This document shows positions 1-7,541 of a stretch of DNA of 17,828 bases, piece after piece. This DNA is from an uncultured Chthonomonadaceae bacterium (GTDB lineage: Bacteria > Armatimonadota > Chthonomonadetes > Chthonomonadales > Chthonomonadaceae), in contig CAWIEK010000055.1 in NCBI GenBank assembly GCA_963835065.1, positions 1 through 17,828 on the forward strand. The letters run 5' to 3'. A model generated the notes under the pieces. The model saw only the letters and a program-made list of their open reading frames with translations, had not been told where the DNA came from and ran no database searches. Numbering within the stretch: the first letter of the stretch is position 1; each line of letters begins with the position of its first letter. The position numbers and the translations under genes are program-made.

Positions 1-10
1 AGAGCATCAA

Positions 11-42
11 GAGGCATGGCTCACATACGTGAGCCATGCCTC
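11..42. repeat. Perfect 14-bp inverted repeat (hairpin; terminator- or REP-like)
   Basis: GAGGCATGGCTCAC (11-24), loop ATAC, GTGAGCCATGCCTC (29-42). No clear U-tract follows, so function is uncertain. Confidence 0.6.
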
Positions 43-69
43 AGCGCCTGCCTCACCACTAATACCATC

Positions 70-591
70 ATGACAACCTATTTGGAAACCGAGCGGCTGC
101 GGCTGCGGCTGTTTACACCGGAGGATGTTGACAATCTGGTGGAACTGGACAGCGACCCGGACGTGCGCCGCTTTCTCGACATGCCCAATGCGCCGACGTG
201 GGAAGAGGCGCAGCAAACGCTTGCCCGGTTTATGAACTGGTATGCGAAAGGCGATCTTTACGGCTATTGGGCGTTGGAGGAGAAAGCAAGCGGCGCGTTC
301 ATCGGGTGGTTCCATTTTCGTCCGTTTCGGTCCAATCCTCAGGAAATCGAACTCGGCTACCGGCTGAAACAAGCGTATTGGAACCGGGGGTATGCAACGG
401 AAATGTCACGCGCCCTCTTGCGCAAGGGGTTTGAGGAAGCAAACTCGCCGCGCATTGTAGCGGTCACGCTGGAAGCCAACCTCGCGTCGCAGCGCGTGAT
501 GACCAAACTTGGCATGACACTGGAAGAACGCTATCTGTACGACAATCGCCTGCCCGCCGTGAAGTACGGCATCAATCGGGGTGATTGGTGA
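70..591 (+). CDS. GNAT family N-acetyltransferase (RimJ/RimL type)
   Basis: Typical motifs LETERLRLR, IELGYRL..AYWNRGYATE and N.ASQRVMTKLGM. Start moved from 16 to ATG 70 because the family N-terminus begins there and codons upstream overlap the 11-42 hairpin. Confidence 0.9.
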   Translation: MTTYLETERLRLRLFTPEDVDNLVELDSDPDVRRFLDMPNAPTWEEAQQTLARFMNWYAKGDLYGYWALEEKASGAFIGWFHFRPFRSNPQEIELGYRLKQAYWNRGYATEMSRALLRKGFEEANSPRIVAVTLEANLASQRVMTKLGMTLEERYLYDNRLPAVKYGINRGDW

Positions 592-700
592 CTGGTGATT
601 GGTGGTTGGTTGCTTGTTCCCGAAAAATGCTTCTCTGATTTAGTCAGCAATTAAATTATTCAAGAATCAGTCACCAACCACCAATCACCAACCACCAGCC
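580..700. repeat. Inverted pair of heptamer tandem arrays between convergent genes
   Basis: Left arm GGTGATT GGTGACT GGTGATT GGTGGTT GGTTGCT (580-614). Right arm AGTCACC AACCACC AATCACC AACCACC (669-696) is the reverse-complement unit. The stop codons of both flanking genes lie inside the arrays. Confidence 0.85.
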
Positions 701-1323
701 TCTATCAACCGCGCGGACTCCGCGACGTTGTAAACCTCTGTGCTGCCGATACGCGCCTGTCCCCAACTCTCGTGAACGTGTCCGCAAATGACGAGGCGAG
801 GCGCATGGCGGGCGATGTATTCGGCAAGAGCGGGGGAACCGTAGTTTTCCTTGCCACGACCAATTACCCATCCGCCGGTGTCAAGTGTGCCATACGGCGG
901 GCTGTGCGAAATGAGAATGTCTACGGCTTCAAACTGGAACGCCGCTGTTTCCACCGCTTCGTCCGCCGTCATGTAATCCCATTGTTCCGCCAGTTCCGGG
1001 AGGGTGTAGCAGGTGGACAGGCTGACGCCGCGCCATGTGAAGCCCTCATGCGCGATTGTGTGGTTCAGCAGGCAGGTTACGTTGTCGGGGGAGCCGAAGG
1101 TGGAGGCCGTGACGCCGATATCATGATTGCCGGGAATCCAGAAGGTCACGTAGCGCTGCCCTAAATCCGTGAGCCACCACCGCGCAGCCGCAATGCCGCT
1201 CGGACGCCGCATCCCGTAGTTGGTCAAATCGCCCGCAACCACACACACATCCGCGTCGGGCAAATCCTCCACGCGGAATTCGTCAAAGCGGTCATGCACA
1301 TCGGAAATGGCAAGAATGTTCAT
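685..1323 (-). CDS. Metallophosphoesterase (calcineurin-like, Icc-related)
   Basis: All five motifs present: SDVHD, AGDLTN, PGNHD, ISHSPP, CGHVHE. The family N-terminus MNILAISDVH starts at ATG 1323; the longer ORF-track start overlaps the tnpB right end. Confidence 0.9.
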   Translation of the reverse strand: MNILAISDVHDRFDEFRVEDLPDADVCVVAGDLTNYGMRRPSGIAAARWWLTDLGQRYVTFWIPGNHDIGVTASTFGSPDNVTCLLNHTIAHEGFTWRGVSLSTCYTLPELAEQWDYMTADEAVETAAFQFEAVDILISHSPPYGTLDTGGWVIGRGKENYGSPALAEYIARHAPRLVICGHVHESWGQARIGSTEVYNVAESARLIEAGGW

Positions 1324-1366
1324 GGTGAGAGGTTCGTAAAGTGAGAGGGCATAACAGGCGCAAAAG

Positions 1367-1460
1367 CGAACCATCAACATTTCGGGTGACTGCTCCACTT
1401 GCAAATGCAAGCGGCTTTTATCCCGTCTCAACGGGAACGCTGTGCAGTCCCACAGCGGCA
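1367..1460 (-). ncRNA. TnpB omegaRNA (reRNA): 3' scaffold plus guide; 5' boundary not determined
   Basis: Minus-strand hairpins GCTGTG-GGACTG-CACAGC (1456-1439), TCCCGT-TGAG-ACGGGA (1436-1421) and CCGCTTGC-ATTT-GCAAGTGG (1414-1395), then AGCAGTCAC. The loop GACTG can pair with CAGTC next to the end (pseudoknot). The guide would be the flank from 1385 downward, CCGAAATGTTGATGGTTCG. Confidence 0.75.
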
Positions 1461-2619
1461 ATACCATTCTCCACAAAGTCTTGGAAGCCTTCCGGCACAC
1501 TCATCTTGAGTGACCGTAATGCCGCATGGAGAATGTTGGTAGCGGCATTGATGTCCCTATTTAGCGACAAGCCGCATTGTGGGCAATCATGCCAACGTTT
1601 CGATAGGTTCTTGGGAACATGGCAGCCACAACCGGAACACATCTGACTGGTGCCGCATGGATTTACAGCCATCATCTGCCGACCGGCTCTTGCAGCCTTC
1701 TCCGACAAAACGCGATGGAACAAAGCCCATGCCGCATCCCCTATGCTCTTGGCAAGGCAATGGTTGCCTTGCATGTTTTGATACGAAGATTTTCAACCGC
1801 AATAAATCCAAAGCGGTTGACCAACTTTCTGGCTGTTTGATGCGCAAAGTTGTGTCGGCGGTTTCGGATGCGCTCATGGATGCGACGTACCACTTTTTGC
1901 GCCTTCGCTCTCGCCTTGCTGCCCTTTTTCTGCTTATTGTGCTTGCGTTGAGCGGTCGCAAGAGCCTTTTCTTCCTTGCGGAAGAAGCGGGGATTGTCTA
2001 CAAACTCTCCATTTGAAAGCGTGGCAAACTTTGACAAGCCAACGTCTATGCCAACCTGTTCCTGACTTTCCGTAAGTTCTTCTTTTTGTACTTCGTAGCA
2101 TAAACAGGCGTACCATTTATCACCCTGTCGCCGAACCGTACAGGTTTTCAGTATTCCCTCCACTCGCCGATGCACGACTGCTTTGATAACGCCAATTTTG
2201 GACAACGTGACAGTGTTGTTTTCAACAGTAAATCCCCTCTGCGGATAGCAGAAACTATCATACTGCTGTTCGCTCTTGCTGCGCGGATAACCGGGCCTGT
2301 CGCCTTTTTCAATTCTGCGAAAAAACGCGGAATAGGCCAACTCAACCCGTCGTACTACATCTTGCAGGGTCTGACTGAAAACGGCGCTCAACTCCGGGTG
2401 CGCGGGAGAAAGGTCGGAGGTAAATTGCTTCTTCCATATTGGTAAAGCCGCTTGCTGCTCGTGGCGCGATACAGACTTATGTTCCGTTTCCCAGGCATAC
2501 TTACGCCAATGAAGAAGCGAGTTGTATACTTCGCGGCATATATTCAGCGTCCGCCGCAAAATGGTTTCCTGCGCCGCAGATGGATACAAGCGAATTTTAG
2601 AACACAGGTGAAACAGCAT
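1386..2619 (-). mobile_element. IS200/IS605-family tnpB-only element (IS1341-like); right end at 1386, left end unresolved (somewhere in 2620-2808)
   Basis: tnpB followed by a typical right end, AAGCC-hairpin-GGAGCAGTCAC, ending in the tetranucleotide TCAC. No tnpA (Y1 or serine recombinase) ORF is present in the window. Confidence 0.75.
1418..2619 (-). pseudogene. tnpB: RNA-guided endonuclease TnpB, split by a 1-nt frameshift (about 400 aa if repaired; may be a sequencing error)
   Basis: KIRLYPS..Q N-terminus, V.SQTLQ, RuvC-I VGIDVG, RuvC-II IAVENL, zinc finger CSGC..CPQC, RuvC-III RDINAATNI. Adding one base to the T4 run at 1776-1779 restores ENLRIKNMQGNHCLAKSIGDAAW. Confidence 0.92.
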
Positions 2620-2696
2620 CAGAAACGTTCCGGTTATGAGAGCGCAATCTTGATGTAATAAACAACAATTCACGCAAAATTAGGAAAGTGTCTGCC

Positions 2697-2761
2697 AAAC
2701 AATAAATCGGCATAGCGTTCTTCCTACCCTTACTATGAAGTAGAAATTTCACTATGCCGAT
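2697..2761 (-). terminator. Long hairpin after tRNA-Asn (intrinsic terminator or element left-end hairpin)
   Basis: ATCGGCATAG (2706-2715) and CTATGCCGAT (2752-2761) form a perfect 10-bp stem. An inner wobble stem TTTCTACTT/GGGTAGGAA forms on the minus strand, followed by TTATTGTTT. Confidence 0.55.
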
Positions 2762-2773
2762 GGGGAGTTGGTA

Positions 2774-2845
<72 letters not shown>

Positions 2846-2920
2846 TCATGTTTCATTCGCACTCATAAAGTTGATTCCGATGCAGTTGACTGCTTAAAAC
2901 AACCTTCTAAGGATGGAAAT

Positions 2921-2950
2921 ATGATAGCACAGACCGCCGCTTTCTGTCAA
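2921..2950 (-). promoter_or_regulatory. sigma70-type promoter for tRNA-Asn
   Basis: Minus strand TTGACA-N18-TATCAT with TGn extended -10, about 75 nt upstream of the tRNA. Confidence 0.65.
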
Positions 2951-2978
2951 GCTGAAAGTTTGCGCATTTGCCTGAGCG

Positions 2979-3008
2979 TTGACGCCGAATTGCGCGATAT
3001 GCTATACT
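2979..3008 (+). promoter_or_regulatory. sigma70-type promoter for lpdA (divergent from the tRNA promoter)
   Basis: TTGACG (2979-2984)-N18-TATACT (3003-3008) with TGn extended -10. Confidence 0.6.
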
Positions 3009-3181
3009 TCCCCGTTTGCGAACGCGCCAGAGTCGGCGCGTTTGCCGCTTTGTGCCGTCTGCAAATCGTAAAGATAGATAGAAGCGCGGCGCAATCCACT
3101 CCATTACCATCAATCGTCACCAGTGTTCTCAGGCGCGGCAGGGCCATTCACTGCCCTGCCCATTTATTCAGGAGCCGGGAT

Positions 3182-4912
3182 GTGAGCGAAGCAGCAAAAG
3201 AGGGAACAGGAAACAGGGAACAGGGAACAGGAGCAGAGGATTCATCCTTCATCCTTCATCCTTCATCCTTTTCTGCCCCCCTCAACCCTGCCTCTGTAAT
3301 TGCCGAGCCGCCTGTCGCGCCCCGTCGGGTGGGCGAGATTGATGTGAGTAAGACGGAGACGAGCGCGCCGCTTACCAATACCGAAATTGACGCGGTTGTG
3401 GGGCGATTGTTTGCCGCGCAGCCGAAGGAGCAACCTGAAATGGCCGCAGTGGGAGAGTTTGACGCCGATGTCATTGTGATCGGGTCGGGGCCGGGCGGGT
3501 ACGTGTCCGCTATTCGCGCCGCGCAATTGGGCGCGCGCGCGGTGTGCATCGAAAAAGCCGCAACGGAATGGGGCGGAACCTGCCTCAATTGGGGCTGCAT
3601 CCCCACCAAAACCATGATCGCCAGCGTGGAGCGCCTGCACCACGCGCAGCATGCCGCCGACTTCGGAGTGGTTATCAACGGCGAAATCGGTTTTGATTTT
3701 AACAAGATGATGACGCGCAAAACCAAAGTGGTGACGACCCTGCGCGGCGGCGTACAAAGTCTGCTGAAAAGCAACCACGTTCGCAGCATCGTAGGCACGG
3801 GCAAATTGATTGACGCCAATACAGTCGAAGTGACAACCGAGGACGGCAAAACGGAGCGTATCACGACGCAAAACGTGGTTCTGGCAACGGGTTCGGTTCC
3901 CATTCTGCCGCCCATTCCCGGTTTGGAGCGCAAGGCGGAAAACCCGCGCGGGCAAAGCAGCAACGGCATCTGGACTTCCGACGAAGCGGTGTCGGCTGTA
4001 GACTGCCCGAAGCGCATGTTGATTATGGGCGCGGGGGCGGTGGGATTGGAGTTCGGGTTTACGTTTCGAGGATTGGGCGCGGAAGTGACAGTGGTAGAAA
4101 TCGCGCCGGAAATTCTGCCTACCGGGGATCGGGAAATCGCGGCGGAACTGCGCAAATCCCTGAAAAAGCAGGGCATCAACATTCTGACCGGGCATAAAGT
4201 CACCAATGTCGCGCACGAAACCAGCGGCAAGGTCGTCACCATTGAAAGCGCAGACGGCAAAACGCAAACGCTGGAAGTGGACATTGTTCTCGTGGGCGCG
4301 GGCCGCAAGCCATTTTTTGAGGGCGTCGGTCTGGAAAACGCGGGCGTGGACGTAATTAAGGAAGGTCCGCTGTCCCGGCGCGGGGTGGTCGTCAACGAGT
4401 ACCTGCAAACCAACGTGCCCAACATCTACGCGATTGGCGACGTGACCGGCAAAATGCTGCTGGCGCACTTAGCCTCGCACATGGGCATTGTCGCGGCGGA
4501 GAATGCGATGGGGCATTGCGTGAAGATGGACTACCGGGCCGTTCCCGCGCCCATTTACACCAGCCCCGAAGTGGCGTCTGTCGGCCTGTCCGAAGAAGAA
4601 GCGCGAGATCAGGGTTACGACGTGAAAACGGGCCGCTTCCCCTTCCGCCCGCTTGGACGCGCCATGGCATTGGGCGAAACTGAAGGCATGGTCAAAGTGG
4701 TCACGGAAAGCAAATATGGCGAACTGCTCGGCGTTCACATCGTCGGCCCTTACGCAACCGAAATGATCCACGAAGCCGTAATCGCCATCAAAATGGAAGC
4801 CACCATTGAGGAAATGATGACCGCCATCCACGCGCACCCGACGCTTTCCGAAGCGGTGGGCGAAGCCGCGCTGGATGTGCGCGGCGAAGCGCTGCATAAG
4901 ATGAAGAAATAG
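3182..4912 (+). CDS. lpdA: Dihydrolipoamide dehydrogenase (E3); start uncertain (GTG 3182, GTG 3344 or ATG 3440)
   Basis: FAD motif VIGSGPGGY, redox disulfide GGTCLNWGCIPTK, NAD motif GAGAVGLE, IYAIGD and C-terminal HAHPTLSE. AGGAG precedes GTG 3182 and AAGGAG precedes ATG 3440, which gives the canonical length. Confidence 0.93.
   Translation: MSEAAKEGTGNREQGTGAEDSSFILHPSSFSAPLNPASVIAEPPVAPRRVGEIDVSKTETSAPLTNTEIDAVVGRLFAAQPKEQPEMAAVGEFDADVIVIGSGPGGYVSAIRAAQLGARAVCIEKAATEWGGTCLNWGCIPTKTMIASVERLHHAQHAADFGVVINGEIGFDFNKMMTRKTKVVTTLRGGVQSLLKSNHVRSIVGTGKLIDANTVEVTTEDGKTERITTQNVVLATGSVPILPPIPGLERKAENPRGQSSNGIWTSDEAVSAVDCPKRMLIMGAGAVGLEFGFTFRGLGAEVTVVEIAPEILPTGDREIAAELRKSLKKQGINILTGHKVTNVAHETSGKVVTIESADGKTQTLEVDIVLVGAGRKPFFEGVGLENAGVDVIKEGPLSRRGVVVNEYLQTNVPNIYAIGDVTGKMLLAHLASHMGIVAAENAMGHCVKMDYRAVPAPIYTSPEVASVGLSEEEARDQGYDVKTGRFPFRPLGRAMALGETEGMVKVVTESKYGELLGVHIVGPYATEMIHEAVIAIKMEATIEEMMTAIHAHPTLSEAVGEAALDVRGEALHKMKK
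3201..3270 (+). repeat. Two adjacent heptamer arrays, (AGGRAAC)x4 and (TTCATCC)x4, in the lpdA 5' region
   Basis: AGGGAAC AGGAAAC AGGGAAC AGGGAAC (3201-3228) and four exact TTCATCC (3241-3268). In the lpdA frame these read EGTGNREQGTG..SSFILHPSSF. Confidence 0.9.
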
Positions 4913-4921
4913 GAGATGATA

Positions 4922-5126
4922 AACCGCGAAACACACGAACTACACGAAAAAGAACAAAAGGAGAATAGACAGGATTAACAGGATTAGAAGGATTAAACAG
5001 GATTACACAACAGGCGGGAATCGCCTTTTGATGGTTTTATCCGTGTTTCTCCGTGTCCTCCGTGTTCTCCGTGGTTTACAGTTTTGTTTTGGTTCTTTTT
5101 CCGTTTATTTCGTGTGTTTCGCGGTT
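4922..5126. repeat. Nested nonamer-repeat element: outer inverted repeat enclosing two other 9-mer arrays and a small terminator-like hairpin
   Basis: Perfect 18-bp IR AACCGCGAAACACACGAA (4922-4939) / TTCGTGTGTTTCGCGGTT (5109-5126), extending imperfectly inward. Inside: ACAGGATTA-type x4 (4969-5005), hairpin AGGCG-GGAAT-CGCCT-TTT (5012-5029), TCCGTGTYY-type x4 (5040-5076). Confidence 0.85.
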
Positions 5127-5153
5127 CTTACTGTATGAGGAAGGGTGGACGGG

Positions 5154-6294
5154 ATGCGAACAGGAACGGATTGGACGCGGCGCAGGACGCTGCAATGGCT
5201 GGCGACGGGCGCGTTGGCGTTTGCCGGATTGGCGGGCTGCAATAACAACGGCGGCGATCAGAAGGCGGCTTCGGAGGGCGGCGCGAGTTCGGCAGGAAAA
5301 CCGGGCGCGACAACGCCATCCACAGGTGGCGGCAAATCGGTGCGGGCGGCGATTGTGCTGGATACGGGCGGCATTGACGACAAATCGTTTAATGCGGCGG
5401 CGGTGGCGGGACTGAATCAGGCGAAAGCCGAGTTTCACCTGAGCGACAACGACGCCCGCTGGGTCGAAGTCCAAAAACCCGTCCGAATACAAGCAGAAAC
5501 TCAGCGCGTTTGCCAGTCAGGGGTACGATGTTGTGTTCGCGGTGGGCTACAAAATGGAGGACGCGCTGAAAGAAGTGGCGGCGCAGTTCCCCAATGTGAA
5601 GTTCGCCATTGTGGACGGCAGCGCGCCCGAAGGCGCGCAGAACTGCTCCGCGCTCCAATTCAAGGAGCAGGAGGGCACGTTTCTGGCGGGCTATCTGGCG
5701 GCGTTGGTCAGCAAAACGCATACCATCGGTTTTGTGGGCGGCGAGCAGGGCGCGCTGATCGGCAAATTCGAGGCTGGCTACAAAGCGGGCGCGAAAACAG
5801 CGGGCTTAAACCCGGATACGCAGGTCAAAGTAGCGTATACGGGGGATTGGAACGATCAGAGCAAGGGCAAAAGCCAGGCCATGCAAGAATTCGGAGCGGG
5901 CGCGGACATCATCTTTCAGGCGGCGGGCAAAGCCGGGTTGGGCGTGATTCAGGCGGCAAGCGAAAAAGGAACCGGGTTTTACGCGATTGGCGTGGATCAG
6001 GATCAGGACGGCGAAGCGCCGGGGCGCGTCCTGACGAGCATGGTCAAGCATGTGGATACCGCCGTCTATGATACGATCAAGAAGGTGCAGGCGGGGCAGT
6101 TCGCGCCCGGCGCGCACGTTTACGACCTGAAAGAAGGCGGCATCGGCCTGTCGGAGATGAAGCACACCAAACAGGACATTCCCGCCGATGTGCTGGCAAA
6201 ACTGGAAAAGGTGACGAAGATGGTTGCAGACGGTCAGATCGTGCCGCCGTCCAAAGTAGAAGACGTGGCTGCGTTCCAGCCCCCGAAACTGTAA
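5154..6294 (+). CDS. BMP-family (Med/PnrA-like) ABC substrate-binding lipoprotein, interrupted by a +1 frameshift near 5467-5469
   Basis: TRRRTL plus lipobox LAGC; motifs DTGGIDDKSFN, FKEQEGTFLAGYLAA, IGFVGG, GADIIFQAAG, AIGVDQDQ, TSMVKHVD. Removing one base at GAAG|TCC gives WVESKNPSEYKQKLSAFASQGYDVVFAVG, about 379 aa in total. Confidence 0.88.
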
Positions 6295-6309
6295 TAGTCC
6301 TCAGACCCG

Positions 6310-6337
6310 CCCCTTCTCCCAATTGTGGGAGAAGGGG
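6310..6337. repeat. REP-like perfect palindrome / bidirectional terminator candidate
   Basis: CCCCTTCTCCCA-ATTG-TGGGAGAAGGGG is a 12-bp perfect stem, 15 nt after the BMP stop and between convergent genes. Confidence 0.75.
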
Positions 6338-6428
6338 AAACACCTCATCATAAACCCTGCAAAGTACAGCGCTTGCGTTACGGAAGGACGATTATCGTAA
6401 GGAATTCGGCTAAGCGGCGGGCGCTAAA

Positions 6429-6479
6429 AGTTGGTAGTTCCTGTATCTCTATCAACTACGAACTATCAACTATCAACTG
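6429..6479. repeat. Heptamer array (CTATCAA)x4 with a short inverted arm
   Basis: CTATCAA CTACGAA CTATCAA CTATCAA (6449-6476) lies just past the stop at 6481. AGTTGGTAGTT (6429-6439) is a partial reverse-complement arm. Confidence 0.7.
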
Positions 6480-6480
6480 C

Positions 6481-7257
6481 TTAGTTCTTGTCCGGCTGGA
6501 CATTCTCGGCGAGAATCACCATGTCCTGATAGTCGAAGTCCCGCCAGTCTTCCCAGCATAACAGAACTGCGCCCGTGTCCGCGCCGCCCTGCCAATGCCC
6601 GGTATTGCCGCCCTCTGTTACCCACGTTCCGCCCTTGCGCGCGGGCAGGGCCAGCAGATGCGGCGCATGGTCGGCATTGGCCTGCGGCACGGAAGATAAC
6701 GCGCCGGTATGCAAAATGTTTTCGGTATCGTTGAGGTAGAAGCGCAGGGAGTCTGCCACCCTCCAGGCGCAGGAAGCCCCCTCGGTTGCCGAAATCCAAA
6801 AGGTGTTCCGGTTGTGGTCCGGCGCGAGGATGGCCTCCTTTACGCCGCGCTCGTCGGTCACGCCAAATTCCAGGCTGCCGCCAAGCATCGCCTGCTCGCT
6901 CACTTTGGTGAAGCGCGGCATTTTCAGGCTATGGAAACTTGTCGCCGCCAGCGAATCATCCCCGGTACTCCGGCGGTAATTCGTCCAACGCAGCAGGGTA
7001 TGTCCGCCATAAACCGCAGGAACGTTCACGGTATACCCCAGCCGATCCAGCGTTTCCTGCAGGCTGACTTCGTTCATTTCATTGCCGTTCTCCTCACTGA
7101 GGTTTACAGCGGGCGGCGTTTCCGACACAGCCACAAAGGGATACCGGGTTTGTACCCGCGCATGAAATGCCAGGGTCGCCAGGCCGCAGGGAACCAGGAT
7201 TGCGCCTGCAATGGCGGCAGTGACAAGCGTTCGAGCGGGACTTGCAAAATGAAGCAT
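6481..7257 (-). CDS. Hypothetical exported/membrane-anchored protein with DUF4114-like C-terminus
   Basis: RBS GGAAGG before ATG and a hydrophobic N-terminal segment. C-terminal LLCWEDWRDFDYQDMVI resembles the (F/W)ED...D.D(Y/F).D.V motif of DUF4114. Confidence 0.65.
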   Translation of the reverse strand: MLHFASPARTLVTAAIAGAILVPCGLATLAFHARVQTRYPFVAVSETPPAVNLSEENGNEMNEVSLQETLDRLGYTVNVPAVYGGHTLLRWTNYRRSTGDDSLAATSFHSLKMPRFTKVSEQAMLGGSLEFGVTDERGVKEAILAPDHNRNTFWISATEGASCAWRVADSLRFYLNDTENILHTGALSSVPQANADHAPHLLALPARKGGTWVTEGGNTGHWQGGADTGAVLLCWEDWRDFDYQDMVILAENVQPDKN

Positions 7258-7541
7258 GGGTGTTTTCCTTCCGTAATAGCGTTTCGATATTCGCGTTCCA
7301 AAATGCAGGATGAAGCGACGATTATTGTTGCCATACTAGGGCAAGCGCATCTTAATCTCATTCTAGTGAACAGGCACTTCGTCAATGAGATAGGAATAAT
7401 ACATCGTGCGCCGGCCCTGGTTGCCATACGGCTTAAAATGCGTCTGGTTTCGTGAATGGGTAAAATGGATACTATTTTGGTGTTGCGGGTTTTGGATACA
7501 CTTATTCAAAAGTGTGCAGGGAAGGCTTTGAAAGAACAGAA

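Noticed and set aside
1322..1380. Possible pairing of the guide with the phosphoesterase start region (GGTTCG/CGAACC)
   Set aside because: Only 6 contiguous base pairs plus a bulged extension, which is within chance.
1367..1385. Ordinary integrase att-site duplication of the tRNA 3' end
   Set aside because: There is no integrase in the window, the duplication omits the tRNA 3' terminus, and it begins exactly at the TnpB right-end junction. This explanation is less likely but not fully excluded.
1418..2619. Nuclease-dead TnpB (TldR-like repressor) or a Cas12f with an array
   Set aside because: All three RuvC acidic residues are present, there is no CRISPR array, and an IS605-type right end is present.
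2921..3181. ORF-track start of lpdA at 2921 (663 aa)
   Set aside because: The region contains two divergent promoters, has no RBS, and its translation does not look protein-like.
3256..4468. Long antisense ORFs (389 aa, 401 aa) opposite lpdA, and similar ones opposite the ABC exporter (9067-10026) and the LOV gene (15155-16633)
   Set aside because: They are shadow frames of GC-rich genes, with no recognisable motifs and full overlap with well-supported genes.
4969..5076. Short repeat arrays considered as a CRISPR array
   Set aside because: Units are 7-19 nt and directly tandem, with no unique spacers and no cas genes in the window.
5460..5480. Programmed ribosomal frameshift in the BMP gene or in tnpB
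   Set aside because: No canonical slippery heptamer with a downstream stimulator, and I know of no such recoding in these families. An indel is the simpler explanation.
6709..7455. 248-aa plus-strand ORF
   Set aside because: It is antisense to 6481-7257, which has an RBS, a hydrophobic leader and a recognisable C-terminal motif.
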